Below, one piece after another: positions 35,901 through 50,120 of a stretch of 64,000 bases of DNA. The translations under genes were made by a program, and so were the position numbers. Under the pieces are notes generated by a model. The model had not been told where the DNA came from. It searched no databases and was given only the letters and a program-made list of their open reading frames with translations. The DNA is from Podarcis bocagei (Eukaryota). Numbering within the stretch: the stretch's first letter is position 1; each line of letters opens with the position of its first letter. The DNA is taken from assembly GCA_964188305.1 (NCBI GenBank), contig OZ076889.1; one strand, 5' to 3'.

Positions 35901-36679
35901 TGTATCTTAATATGTGTGTATGGGGCAACTGAATGATAGATAAGGGAGTGGTACAGGCAAGGCACACTGTGGGTCTGCAGCATTTGCATCCAATGAAGAC
36001 TCAAGAAGCACAATCAGTGCAGTTCAGTGGGGAGGGTTTTTATTTTTTGAAACCATCTCTCTGGTGTGTTATTGTAGCAGGACATGAAAAAGCAAATATT
36101 AAAAATGGCCTTTCCTTCCAACAAGAAGTTGCTTTTGACTGTTAAGTTTGTTTCCTTCAAAATCTCAAAATGCACCCTTTAATAACATAATGTTGTTGTA
36201 GTCCTCTTTTCAGCCATACTGTCTGCTGCTTCATTCTGCCTGCCCCAACAGAAGCCCATAACCCCTCGCTTCTCTCTTAATTCCAAACACTGGAGGTGGA
36301 GGGTGATGTGTTTGCAGCTTAGAAGGAAAAGCTATTTAGTTAAGGATGCTGCCCTATGTTTATCCATTCCCCATATATCCATGAAATCCACTTTTCATTT
36401 CTGTCTAATTGAAATCTTTTCCCTACCTGTACCCCTCCCCTCCCACTGAGTTTTGAAGGGAGTCATTAAGGAGGAGCTGGTTGATTAGTATGGGGAGCAT
36501 ATTCAGCTCACAAGAAACTGGGCTTTTATAGCTAATAATAGCAGGCTACCGGAGGGTGTTATTTTGGTCATCCCACCCATTTCCCTCTGTTTTCCAGAAA
36601 GGTGGCACATTCTGCTTCTCATTGGGCAACAGCTGGATTGCAGCTTCTGTACCTTACGTACCGGTAGCTCCTTGTTGCA

Positions 36680-37100
36680 TGCCATGCAGAGGGCAACAAG
36701 GAACCATGCTCCACAGGGAAGTAAGAGGCAGATGGAGTCGTCAACCTGGGAAGGTAGCCCAACCAGGAGAAGGAAGGCCTCTTCTGCCTTGTGGAATATC
36801 TTTGGGAGAAGAAAAGGCTAAGGAGTAAGCCCTTCACAAACCTAGAGTGGCGTCCCTAAGATGGTTCCAGCAACTCCTGCAGTCAAGTTGGTGGCAAACA
36901 TAATGCTCTGCTTTCTTTTGGACCACATCAGTGAGGCCAAGGGGGGCGGTCTTGTCATCTGGGCAGTACTGTACAGCACCTCCATACACTGCCCAGGCTT
37001 GTGCCGCGGAGAGATAATTTTGGTGCTGCTAATGCAATGGTTTGACTTCACCCCCGGAAGCACACACCATTGTCTCTCAAGACAGACAGATGCCAACAAC
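36680..37100 (+). mobile_element. RTE-related non-autonomous retroelement with (CAA)n tail
   Basis: Homologous to the inverted copy at 41935-42590 (shared gtcaacctgggaaggtagccca and gtgctgctaatgca..ggtttgacttcacc); ends gatgccaacaac. Confidence 0.55.
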
Positions 37101-39260
37101 TAATATAGTAAGTTAATTTAGTCATGACTGTGTTGTCCCATATGTTATTATACAGTACATTAACCTCTGGGGCTGTAGCTATGCTCATGTATAAAATTAA
37201 AGAAGCTGCTAGCAGATAGGAAACATTTTTTTGTTTTGTTAGCACAGACTTGGCACCACGACTTATGAAGTGACAGGAACTACACATGTCCCTGAGTATT
37301 AGGCAAGGCTTTTGCCAACTGGATTATAAAGAAACTGCATTTGGTGCTGTGACCTTAGAGTACTTCTCAGAAACAAAGGTGAGGTGGTAAACTTGTTTCT
37401 TGACTACATCACTGCAGAGCACAAGTAGGAGCTTATATCACCGCTTCTCCATACAAAAAAAAGCAAACAAACCCCCAAACCTCCGCACATAGAAAGGTCA
37501 ATGCCAGAGAGAAGTATTCCAGTCCAGCCTTGTCCCTGACATGCCAGTTTTCTATATGCCAGTAATTTCTGTAGAAGAGCATTCCATCATGTCAGCCTCC
37601 CCCTGTGGTGATACAGCCAAGAAACTGCTGCTTACGACAACCATTTCCTTCTGTCATCCAGCCCAGGAAGTGTGTGTTTCTTCCTCCTTAAACCTTCAGT
37701 TTATAGCATTCTTGGCCAGAGGTGGGAAGCCTGTGGCCTTCCAGATGTTGTTGAACTCCCAGCTCCCATCAGTTCTGTCTAGTCTGGGTTGGGGATGATA
37801 GGAACTGTAGTCCAGCAACATCTGGCATGACAGAGGCTCCCCATCCCTGATCTAGGCTTTGCATGACTAGGTCAAGAAAATGAAAATGTTGGAGTCAATT
37901 AATATATACTATGAACTTGGATGAATGGCAGATAAATTATAGGCACAAACCCATCTCATTAATTTATTTATAGTCAACTCCCAATTTACACGCATTAGAG
38001 TCACACACACCGGAAGGGGGTGGAACAGGCAGGATGGGGGAGGGACGGGGGGATGGGCTTATGTGTGGCCCGCCAGCACGCACAGTGACTCGGAACACAA
38101 CCCCCATGCAAATGCGGAGTTGCCTGTACACCATTTATATCCTGTACTTCAACGTAACTTTCAAACAAACGTAACAAATTTAACAAAAGAAATAAAAAGG
38201 TACACTTTAGTAATAATAATAAATGAAAGCATGGAAAACAGTGCAGCAAATTTAAACAACAAAATAAAGCAGCAAAAGCCCATTCAAAACAGACAATAAA
38301 ATTAAAGTGCTCTAAAATACAATCTCTGTGGACAGATCGATTGACAGGGAAAAGTTGATCCCTCCAGTAGATTTTGGGGGCAAAATTCTGTCATGAAAAT
38401 GGATTAATGGCTCACCTTTCTCAGCCGGTGGCAGGATGACCTGACAAGACACGTATTAAATTTAGAGAGACACCCACACTGCAAAGTCACATGTGGCAAT
38501 ATAACACCGAACACACTGGATCAGAGCAATGACTGAACCACTGAAAAGTGGCATATAAACAAACAGAGAGAAAGCTGAGGTAGAGGGGTTACTGAGCCAG
38601 GAAAAAGTAGCCACAGCGCGAGACACTCAGTAGCATGTCCTGAATGAAGGTCAGAGCAGAGGAGGAGGAAGAGAAGATCTCTTTGCCCCACACCTCCCAC
38701 CAAGTGAGTCACACATAGCTGTACACATTGGGGCTTTGCTGATTATTTTGGCTTTTTGGGCCCAGAGCGAGAAGCTCTCCATTCAGATCAAGCACATGGC
38801 TGCTTTTGGCTGGGAGCCCATCCAGCCGTCAAGCCCCAGCATGGGACACCAAATTTTTAGCATACTTTTCCTGCTATGGTTTGGCAAGGTGCCACATTGC
38901 AAGATTTGGCACTATGACCTATGGCTTACAAAGTGACAGTCTCCCACTCAGAACAATGCAGGACAGGTGTAGAAGGGATCGAGAGAAGACGCATTGGCCT
39001 GTGGCCTAGGTAGTTAAGCTAGTTTGAAACAGGCAAGATGGCAACCCAAGTGGTAGGTTCTTTTGGCAAAGCCACTAAACAGACAGGTGGGTGCAGTGGT
39101 ATATTGATTGCTTTTGATCTTCTGGAGATAATTTGCTTTCCCCTTAAAGATCAATCTTCTGTCTTAATTATAATGTCTTATACCCATCCCTCCCCCCATG
39201 CGCACACACACTGCTCTGATCAAATTTGGAGTCCCTTGCAGATGCATTAAAGCAATAAGG

Positions 39261-39737
39261 CAGTGCTGGATTTAGGGGGTGCTGGCAGTCCCCCCCACAG
39301 GGTGCCAAGCTGAGGGGGTGCATAATAATACAGTGGTACCTCGGGTTACATACGCTTCAGGTTACATACACTTCAGGTTACAGACGCTGCTAACCCAGAA
39401 ACAGTGCTTCAGGTTAAGAACTTTGCTTCAGGATGAGAACAGAACTTGTGCTCCGGCGGCGTGGCGGCAGCAGGAGGCCCCATTGGCTAAAGTGGTGCTT
39501 CAGGTTAAGAATAGTTTCAGGTTAAGAACAGACCTCCGGAACGAATTAAGTACTTAACCCGAGGTACCACTGTAATCATCATCATAATCATCATCAATAT
39601 TTATATGAGTACCTACTGAGGAAATCCATTAAAAAGCAACTGTACCAGAAAGGAATGATTGTGAAAATAAGAAATACTTAGGGAGGGGGTGCCAAATTTT
39701 GTCCTCAGGGCACCATATTACCAAAGTCCACCCCTGG
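39261..39737. mobile_element. Degenerate hAT-like element hosting a MITE
   Basis: cagtgctggattt ... aaagtccacccctg termini. Confidence 0.45.
39331..39572 (+). mobile_element. Tc1/mariner-pogo type MITE, copy 2
   Basis: TIRs cagtggtacctcgggtta; TA TSD. Confidence 0.9.
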
Positions 39738-41934
39738 TTAAGCTAACAGTTTCTTATCTCTATACAGTATTAAGATTCCATAAGAGCTGGAAATTCACAG
39801 GTCCTGAAAGGTAACAGGGCAAATTTAATTCACAAACTTATATGTAGTATGTCTCCTGCCTCTTACCTGCAGTATGTATAATCCACCCCCTTCTTGTCTG
39901 GATGGCTGTTTTTCACATTCTATTGATTGGCACTCAAAGACTTAAGTTCACAATTAGTATGTATTAATTAATATGAATATGTTGATGACTCTGCTTTTTT
40001 CTCCTGTACTGCTATCTTATTTTGGGGTTATTAGGATTATTTTTATTAGTCTTTGGTTGTCCTTTATTTCCTTTAGGGTTTTTTTACTATACATTGTAAG
40101 CTGCCTTGAGGACTTCATATGGAATGGCAGGGTAGACCAGTTTTACAGCTCCCAGTGCTCATTCACCAAGCAGTCTGAAATCCTCCAGCCCAGCCATCCA
40201 GCTGCTACCTAGGTGTAAAATGCACGACTTGTGCACCAGGCAGGGGCATCATAGGCTGAACAGGAACATGATGACAAGCAGAGGGGTGAGCTGGAGGGCA
40301 GCCTTCCTGTGCTTCTTCAGCCTCCAGCCAAAAATAAACCCCACTTGCTCTCCCAGTCTCCCTGGGTGGTGTCTGTTTATTTTCTGTAAGTGATCCTACA
40401 AGGAACAGAACTGCTGCCAAGGCTTCGTGGTGGAAGAAGGGTAAGCTATACTGAGGTCATTGTCCACACAATACATTTCCCAACAATAGGAAAACGCTTT
40501 GTTCCAGAGAGAACAACGCCTGACCCGAGGTTAGGGCTGTAGAAACCATTGCAAAGCCAACATGATGTGGATATGTGCAGATGCCATTTGCTGCTGTTGA
40601 TAGAGAATGGCAGATTAACACCATACATTTAAAGCACATCCAATGCACATTTAAAGCATGTGCCTTCCCCTAAATAATCTTGGGAACTCTAGTTTGTTAA
40701 GGGTGTTGAGAACTGGAGCTCTTTAAAGGGGAAGCTACAGTTCCCAGTATTCTTTAGGGGAAGCCATGAGCTTAAATGCATGGTGTGGATCTCTGTGTAC
40801 AAATGTGTATTTATGCATGTATGTATGTGAGCTCAGAAGACATTACCTGGTACCTTCAGCTGAGCCCCATTACTTGACTGACCACTCAGCTAAATGCTTT
40901 TCTGCGCAGGAGGGTAATAGCTACGGCTCAACTGTTTGTCTCATTTTCCTACACAGTAGAGTAGCAGCTTTGGCTCAATTCATTGGGAGTTTGTCAATGT
41001 GAAAAAAATGTGCTTATCTTTCTTCCAACACCAAATCACTTTAAAGTTCCTTGAAATACAGAAATTACAAGTAGAGGAATAAAAACCCAGTTAGTGGCAG
41101 GAAATTTTAAAATACTGCTAGCTTTGCCAATATAAAAAATATTAATGGATGTACTGCAGAAGATTTAAAGGGCTGAGCAGCTGGGCAAGGGAAGAGGCTG
41201 CCTCTGTCTGCTGTTGTATATGAAAACTGGCAAACTGAGGGATTCCAGAATAAAAAGCTAATATAACTCCACCCCGCTGTTGCTGGTCTACTCCTCACCC
41301 CTCAATTTGAGGCATGGTAGACTACAGAGTTGAATAAAGGTTTCCCCAGTCTCAGGATATATGGGCAAAAGGCCAGTAAATGCTTTTTGGATAGCCTGTT
41401 GGTAAATATTGATTCTCACATGAAAACAGAAATAAGAACTTCTAAAACAATTACTTATTTTGCATTTGCTCAGATAATAATTGTATATATTTTATTGTGC
41501 TGTGTTCAGTTACACACACACCCCTTGTCCTTTCCACCATCTCATTCTAGGACGCCACAGAAACTTGCTATAAAGGTAGAAAACAAGAGACACACCTAGA
41601 ATGGGGAATGCTGGGAAAGAGCACGACAGCAGAGGATTAGTTCTTTTGTATTTTAATACCTACACAGTAATTGTGTTTAGATACTCTGGGTTTATAAAAT
41701 AATTTCCATGGATCACCTACACAACAAGTAGGATTATGTAAAGACATTTTAAATGTGCTTGACATGATACCAAAACCAATGCTACAGTGAATTAATGTTT
41801 ATGATGTAAATGTGTTAAGTGTACAGTTTATGAGAGAAAACATTGCTGTCCAAAACCCCCACAAATCTGAAATGGAAAATATTAGAGCAGGTAGCCTAAG
41901 GCAATAAGTGCTTTATCCTAGTGGCTATAAAGGT

Positions 41935-42590
41935 ATTGTTGACATCCATCTGTCTCAAGAGACAATGGAGTGTGCCTCTGGAGGTGAAGTCAAACCACTG
42001 CATTAGCAGCACCCAAGCGGCCTCCCTTGGGCACAAGCCTGAGCAGTGTATATGGAGATCTTGGGCTGCTCAGATAACAAGACCCCCCCCCCCGCCCCCG
42101 CTGATGTGGATCAGAGGAAAGCAATACAGGAAGGAGGCGTACAGGGCACCATTCAATCGCCTTTGGGACTCCATCCCTGATTTGTTTAGGGTTTATTCCT
42201 TAGCCTTTTATTCTCTGAAGATATCCTGCAGGGCAGCAGAGGTTTAGGATCAGAATTTTCCTTCTCCTAAATGGGCTACCTTCCCAGGTTGACGAGCCCC
42301 CTCTTCCCCTCATATCCATCTACAGCATGTGCAGAAATCATCTTTTTGGTCATTGGACCCATTATTGGTCTCGTCCATTCAATCCACCGTAGCCTGTCTT
42401 TGCATTCAGGGGAAGTCCCAAACTCACTGAGGGTTTGAGACCCATTGGTTACCCTCACCTGCTTTAGCTGGCCAGTTGAAGCCATTTCTGGGGTGTGGCT
42501 GCTGTCACATACTGACAGCTTCCAGGAGCCACAGGTGAGAGCTGAGTGCAGGGTGGGAACCACAGGTGGACAAACTACCTCAGAAGGAGC
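41935..42590 (-). mobile_element. RTE-related non-autonomous retroelement, second and longer copy
   Basis: Reverse-complement homology to 36680-37100. Confidence 0.55.
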
Positions 42591-43744
42591 ATGACGTGTC
42601 CCATACCCATCCCCTAACACCCCATATTAAATTTAAGAAATGCAATTAAGGGAGTAATGAAATAAATTTGTAGATACTTGTCAGGAAAGTGTTATATTTT
42701 ATGTCTTACCCTCCAATAGAGGGGGAGCAGCTGGGAAAACTCAGGTGAGGAGGAAGAGCCAGCAGGGCTGCAAGTGAGGCCCCCTGTCTCACCATCCTCA
42801 TGCAGTGCCTGAGGCAATTGACTCACTCTGCCTAATGATAGGGCTGGCCCTGCAGACAATTCAAAGACAGAACAAGCAACACATGCAGCATATTGGAGGC
42901 TTGATGTAGTTCCCCTTTATATGCTGTACAAATGCTTTGACTAGGGAAGGATGCTTTATAGGGGCAGCCAGCAACATATGAATAATTCCATAATGGATAT
43001 ACTAGTTATATAAAAATATGTAATGGCAATGCATTTCAGAAGGAAATAATCCACATGCTGAGTCAGACCAGTTTCACCAAACATTTTGCTAGATCTATCT
43101 TGTAAAAATGTGTAGGGTCTTTAAAACCCAGATACTTGTGACCAAGTGTTATCCTGTACAAATAACTTCCACAGGAAACCTGAAAGGGCATTTAGCAGCA
43201 AGTGGTGTATTTCAAAGTTAGGTATTTGTATTCTAAATGGATTTGGTAATTTATCTTAAAATCCCCTGTTACCAGTGAGCTAAAGTTTTCATAGGTCCTT
43301 GGCACTTCTTAAGATTTTCTTTAGCACATTTTCTGAAAAGGAAGAGCCTGCCTTCTTGGCCGCCGCTCCCACCCCTCACCCCCATGTTGAAATGAAGCAC
43401 TGTGTTCTAGGCTCAGAAACAAAAAAAGCAAATAGGAACTATATCAAGACTCAGTTGTTTTGAAAACTCTTGAGCCCATCCCATTTGTTGCAGATAATGA
43501 CTGAAAATTTATAAAAGGCTGTGTTAGTAGTAATAGGGTTTTTGTAACTCCAAGTGTCTGAAAGACCCAGCTGGTAAGGGTGGGGACTTGTGATATTTCC
43601 CAAAACATCAGCAATCCACCCCACTAAAAATTAAATGCTATACAAGGCGCAAAAAGTTGGAATCCATACGTAAGTTGCAGTTTGAAGGCAGCCTGTTTTG
43701 ATGTAAAGATAACTGTCATGGTCTTTGTGGCCGCATATGGACTT

Positions 43745-44645
43745 CAAGTTAAACCATAGTTCAGCATTACAAGAAAACACCTTGGTGGCCTGGTTCACAC
43801 ATAATGCTAAGCCATAGTTTGTTTAAGCCATAGTTTAACAAACAATGAATTTGTTTTTTGAAGGTTAATTGCTTTTAAATAGTACTGTTTTGTACTGACA
43901 TGTTTTCTGCCCTGGGCACCAGTGGAAGAAGGGCAGGATATAAATTTAATAAAATAATATAAATATAAGTAAATAATTAAAAAGTTAACAAACACAGACA
44001 ATCAAACATACTATTGTTGTTACTTCAAAGTTCAGTTTGTTTTGTTTGCTCTTGCCTCATGTTTATTGTAGTTTGGTGAGCTTCTGGAGTGGGATGATCA
44101 AACAAACTATGGTTAAGACAGGGTACTGGATTCATATGTAACACCAAGCCATAGTTAAAACAAACTTATGTTTGTAAGCTATCAACCAGCTGTAGCTTCA
44201 GATTGTGGTTTGTTGGCAGTTAACAAAACTAGTTAAGCTGCTGGGCAGGGTTCACACATAATGGTAAGTCACGGTTTAATAAGCCATGGTCTAATGTTTT
44301 GTGTGAACCAGAGTCTTGGCTCACGTGCTCCTCCCTTGTCCCTCAACACAACTGCAAGGAGTTCTAAAACTTTTGCTTCCATTCTTGCTTAACCACAACT
44401 TGTCCTGTCATCTGAATTAACAAAGTGTGGTTAACCGTAACTACGGTTTGTTTGAAAGAAGCTTCAAGTCAAACATTGTTAACATTAATCAAAATGTGTT
44501 AATTCAGAGGATGGGACAAGCTGTGGTTATGTAAAAGTGGAAGTGGTGGCTTGCAAATTCTTCTGCATGGCCATGACAGTGCAGGGCAGGGAGCATGTGA
44601 AACGGAGACTTACTGCAGCTCATTCTCATAATCCTAAAACTATGT
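43745..44645. repeat. Cluster of old palindromic DNA-element remnants built on aaccatagtt/aactatggtt and ggttcacacataatg motifs
   Basis: Motifs recur in both orientations; 44310-44460 and 44460-44620 form a degenerate inverted repeat. Confidence 0.55.
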
Positions 44646-44653
44646 CCAGGGTG

Positions 44654-44997
44654 CAGTGGTGTAGCTAGTCTTCGGGTGCCTGGGGTGTCACGTGAGCCCT
44701 GCGCCCAGTGGGCCAGTGGGCCACTGGGCGGGGCGAGCTGGGGCAGAGCATGCTATGCGGAGCCTCCAAGGAGTCCGCCCACAGCCTCCCCTTAAGCTGT
44801 AGGGCGGCTGAGGAGGAGGCAGCGGGCAGACGCAAGTCCTACACTGGCATTTTGGGCAGTGTGGAGCATGCAGGCACCTGAGCCACCACGTCACTTCCAG
44901 GAGAGAGACATAGCTCGGGTGCGCTGCAGGCCCTGGTAAGTGATGTCACCCACAGTGTGGTGCCCAGTGTGCCCTGCCCCCCCCAGCTACGCCTCTG
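44654..44997. mobile_element. GC-rich hAT-like MITE
   Basis: Termini cagtggtgtagct / agctacgcctctg; approximate flanking duplication gtccaggg/gttcaggg. Confidence 0.6.
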
Positions 44998-46693
44998 GTT
45001 CAGGGAAACCCAGATTGGGCACCCCAGAAGTTGGGAGACTCACATAACTCTCAATTGACTCACTTCCTCTTTACCTGGACATCATAACTGCAACCCCACT
45101 GCAATAGTTCTCCCTCTTCCACACTCATTCTTCACAAACATTCCTTCTCTCTCAAGCAAATATTATTTCTGGACAAATACAGTGTGAATCAGCCCCTTTT
45201 GTTTTGCAGGCCTAGCTTGTCAGGCTGCTGTTTAATGACCCTCGTGCTGTGTACTGTAGGCTGTTCATTAACCTCTAGCCACAGATGGTGAGGAGCTGGC
45301 ACTGAGCCACTGGGAACAGTTTGCCAGCGCTAACCAGGAGCTGCCAGTGACCTTTACACGGGGATGACTATGCCTACCACAGGGAATCAAGGAGATGGAG
45401 AATTTGGTGTGACCATTTAAGGAATGCCTCCTCCTAATAGGGGTAGTGTCAGGGCCTAAGTGGACTTGTGCCTTTGCTTTTAAGGTGCAGGTTTTTAGAA
45501 ATGAAAATAGCACCAGCTTAACAGAGTGGATAATTTTTTTTATTGCAGCCGGCTTGAAGAGGCTATCTTCCTCACTTGCTGCAGCCTTTCTCTGAAGCCA
45601 CTATTTGCACCAGGCCTCTCCATGTCTGCTGCAATTCCAGAAACTCCCCCAGGCTAATGCAATCGGTGTTTCTAAAACTCTGCAATCCTGATAATCATCA
45701 CCCACCCCATGATGCAATTTGCATTTTAAGAAACATTAAATGCCAATATGCTTTTAGCATTAACCACATCCAAACCATACATTTAAAGCACATGACCTCT
45801 CTGCAAGAATTTTGGGAACTAGATTCTTCCTCATAAATCCACAGTCCCCATGATTCTTTGGAGAAAGTAATGTGCTTTAAATGTAAGCTGGATGTGCTTT
45901 AAATGTATGGTGTGGATCTGCCAATCATACCTAGTTTGGCCCTTGGCATCTTAATATTATGCTATTGCAATGTATATAGCAGAGGTATTAAAACCATGAC
46001 CCATGCGCTACATATGTTCTTTGTAGGCCAAGCCATACATCTGCATCATGTAAATGGATTCCACACAAAATTATTCCCTACACATGCAGTGCTGGTGATG
46101 ACAGGTGCAGCAGCAAAGGACTCAGGTGTGAAATGTTATTTTGATAGCCCTCTGAACTCTCCACCCAGGTAATGGAATCAAACAAATTGGTTATTAATTA
46201 GTAGAGGGGATTAAATAATGACTGCTGCCGTGAGTCACAAGAGAGTACACAGACACACAAGGAGTGTCATTCAGTAAACACACTTGGGGAAACCTAATGG
46301 TAATACACACGCATATACTTGAGTCATAGCAGAATCACGATCGTTTACCTGGGGTGCAATATATGTGGAACTGGGAAAGAGACAAAGAGTATATGTTCCT
46401 TCCTCACTACCACATGAGAGCATTATTTTGGTTTCTCAGCCTCTGGTGCTGTTCATCTTAAAGCATTATTTTGTTAATTACAAAAGCTTCCACAACATTA
46501 TAGGCATGTCCAGCAAGTTTACCATTGTGTGGTACTTCCCAAATATTTGAATTTGGACCCACCTATAGACATCATCTTCCCTCTGAGCCTTGCCCCCCAC
46601 AACATTTGGTAGGCAGCCATGTATTTAGTGTGTGATCACACAAAATCTTCACACACTAGTCACTGTTGCTGGGTGTAAGAATCTGATGACTGG

Positions 46694-47490
46694 TAAATGT
46701 TGGAAATGCAAAGAAACTGAAGGTACATTCTTTCACCTTTGGTGGACGTGCCCAAGGATTAAGGCTTTCTGGGAGATGATCTATAATGAAATGAAAAAGG
46801 TATTTAAATATGCCTTCCTGAAGAAACCAGAGGCCTTTCTCCTGGGCATTGTTGGCCAATTGGTGCCAAAGAAGGATAGAATTTTATTTATGCATGCCAC
46901 AACAGCAGCAAGAATTCTCATTGCAAAGTATTGGAAGACACAAGATCTACCCACCCTGGAAGAATGGCAGATGAAGGTGATGGACTATATGGAACTGGCG
47001 GAAAGGACTGGCAGAATCTGAGACCAGGGAGAAGAGTCCGTGGAAGAAGATTGGAAGAAATTTAAAGACTATTTACAGAAATATTGTAAAATTAATGAAT
47101 GTTAGAATGATGTTAGAATGAAATTAAGTGGTTCTAGCAGCAATGTCATAAAGGTGTATGAAAAAATGGCCGGTTAATAGGTGAGAATCTAAAGTTATAA
47201 AATATTAAGTTAAAGGACTAAGACAAAAACAAAGAGGGAAAGGAATTGCTGAATTAACCAATTGAACTGGAATACAAAAAAGGGAGGTGAGAGGAGGTCA
47301 GGGAAGCAAGGAAATGAAATGTAAGATACAGAAGGATTAATCTGTTTTTAAGTGTTTTTTCTAAAAAAAAAATCTATATTTTGTATTTTGTATGTTTTTC
47401 TTTTTTTCTATATTTTCCCTTGTCTCTTATTTTTAACTATGCAATTTTTAGTTTCTGAAATTTTAATAAATATCATTCAAAAAAAAAAAA
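46694..47490 (+). mobile_element. 5'-truncated L1-clade LINE (ORF2 CCHC C-terminus, 3'UTR, poly(A))
   Basis: CWKC..EGTFFHLWWTC zinc knuckle; AATAAA and A tail; 17-bp TSD aagaatctga(t/a)gactgg at 46677-46693 and 47491-47507. Confidence 0.9.
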
Positions 47491-49210
47491 AAGAATCTGA
47501 AGACTGGGGCGCTAAATCAATACTGGCATTAGAAGACTGCTAAAACAGACTTCCTCTTTAAGCCAGCCTCTGAAGGAGACAGAAGCGGAAAGGAGCTGCT
47601 GTAGCCAAATATATTTGGCCTGACATTGTGCAACTTCCATGATAACAGCAATTTTATTGGCTGTAACCGTAAAGCTCTACTGCTGAGAAAGGAGAGCTTT
47701 GCCTGCTGCAGGCTCTTCTGCCTCCCTTGAGCTTCAAACCCATCCTTGAATCCACTCCTCGCAGTGTCCCATGCAACAGTCCGGGAATTATTTAAATGCT
47801 TTATATATGGGAGAGGAGCTTTATTTATTTATTTAAATTTATACACTGCTCGATTGGGGGGAAAAATCCTCAAAGCAGTTTAAAAAAGATAAAATGGTAG
47901 AATTAAGAAAAAATGTACACCCTTACTTTAAAACATCCAAAAGTTAAAATACTAAACAGATTAAAATTACCTTAGACTTTAGTCTAATTCCAGACATAGG
48001 CAAGATGCCTAAACCTAAAACATCCCCTACAGATGCTTACATAAGTTTAACTTATTAAGATGATCCTATCTAAGCATTCTTATGAAGAAGAAATCTTACT
48101 GAAGTTAAGGAGACTTAGTCCATAGTTTATACTTAGGACTGAGATGTAAAACTGCTGCTATTATATGTTCCTACATTGCCTTGAAAAACACTTATTCTCC
48201 ACTTTTCCCCTTTGTGGGTTCTTATACTCTAGGGCTATATAGTGCTGTTGATACATTGCTTTTCTGCGCACAGCTGATGGAATTAAATGGGGTTCTATAT
48301 GGCATCTAATAGAGTACTATTTCCTTATAAAACCCAGCAATGTCAGTCCTAACGGGCAAGTTCCTTCTAAATGTGCACTTTGATATGTCCCACTACAGCA
48401 AAGTCTGTCTTCTCCTTACTACTGCCTCTTTAATTAGTAGCTTCTCTATTTTCTCTTTCTTTTAAAGTGGCTTCTGCCCCTTTAATTAGATGTTTCAAGA
48501 GTACAGTGGAGTAGCTTTAATCACTGGATATCTCTTTGCAGTCAGAGCAATTGCTTGCTTGCTTGCTTGCTTATTTATTTATTTATTTTATTAGGCACAT
48601 TTTTGCAATTTCACTCTTAAAAATAAAATGAATTAGAACAATCACGCATATTTGCAAACAGGAAACCAGTCATTAATACACACACTCCATGGAGAAGGAG
48701 CCAACTAATTACAGCCAGTCCAGGGATGCCATGGGCACAGAAGTGAAGGAACTAATTACAGGGGCACTAGCAGCTTTAAATGAAAGAGGCAAGGATGAAG
48801 CTAGCACAAATCATTTATGAAAAAAGGCAGGAAAACAAGATAAAATATTAGAATGTGGTAGGCTGGCAGTGATGTCTGGATTCTCTGTAAAAATGGTGAG
48901 TGAATGAATGCTGTATTATTGTCGGTATCATTTCGTATCACCTAATAACAATAGGAATGCTATTAGAACCAAATAAACAGGCATTCATTTCAGAAGCAAA
49001 TAAGCTTGTGCTTTTGACATGCATACCTAGTTCTTAGGATTGTTTAATTGTTCAGAACAATAGTCAAGCAGTTGTACAGAGGCAGAAAGCTGGCCAGAGA
49101 TATGAGTGCTCCCGGGGCATAATCGCTTGTGTGCTTGGGGGTGGGGGTTCCTCTTCTCCCTAAATGGTGTTCCTGTTTGGCTGGTTTGCTTGAGCGATTT
49201 GAAGCACATA

Positions 49211-49433
49211 CAGTGGCACCTCAGGTTAAGTACTTAATTCATTCCAGAGGTCCGTACTTAACCTGAAACTGTTCTTAACCTGAAGCACCACTTTAGCTAA
49301 TGGGGCTTCCTGCTGCCACGCCGCCGGAACCCGATTTCTGTTCTTATCCTGAAGCAAAGTTCTTAACCTGAAGCACTATTTCTGGGTTAGCGGAGTCTGT
49401 AACCTGAAGCGTATGTAACCCAAGGCACCACTA
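49211..49433 (-). mobile_element. Tc1/mariner-pogo type MITE, copy 3 (inverted)
   Basis: Reverse complement of the 12907/39331/55813 family; TA TSD. Confidence 0.88.
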
Positions 49434-50120
49434 TACAGGCGAAGGATGCCATTTCACTCATGGTGAGCCATTCCTAACTTATATTTGAGGTTGAAGAGGC
49501 TGGGTTTTGTTCATTCCAGCTGCAATGATTATATTATTCTTTGAAGTTGCAGACCTATCCCACTTACCTGGGAGGAAGCCTCACTGAAATCAATGGGACT
49601 TGATTCTGAGTAGGCATGTATAGGAAGTTTTTTAAAAAAACCCAACCCCAACACTTTCCCTTATTATTTTCCTCCTCAAGCTACACGTGTCCTTTTACCT
49701 TTTGCCATACATCACCCAGAGTCTGTGTGTGTTGCTGTCTTCTGAATTGTCTTCAGTTAGTATGTCTTCTCTTTAAAAGCAATTTCAAAACGTGCTGCAG
49801 CAGTAAAGGTCAAATTTATACACCACATCCTCACCTCTCCCAGTGCATATATTGCCCTATCCCAGCTGAGCTGTCCTTAAGCCTTTCTATTTATGCTTGC
49901 TGAGAAAAAGCCCTCTTGGCAACAATTAAACTGGAATAAGTTACACCAGTGTAAAGGACAAAAAAAAAAACACAACCCCAGGGAATGTTATGGGCAGAGA
50001 ATTGGCATGTTGGGGCTGGAAGGGATAGTGGGGCAAGAAAGTGAGTAGACAGAAGGTCCCCCCCAGAGAAGTTTCCCCCACCCCAAACACACACACTGAG
50101 GACACCTAGCCCAAGAGACC

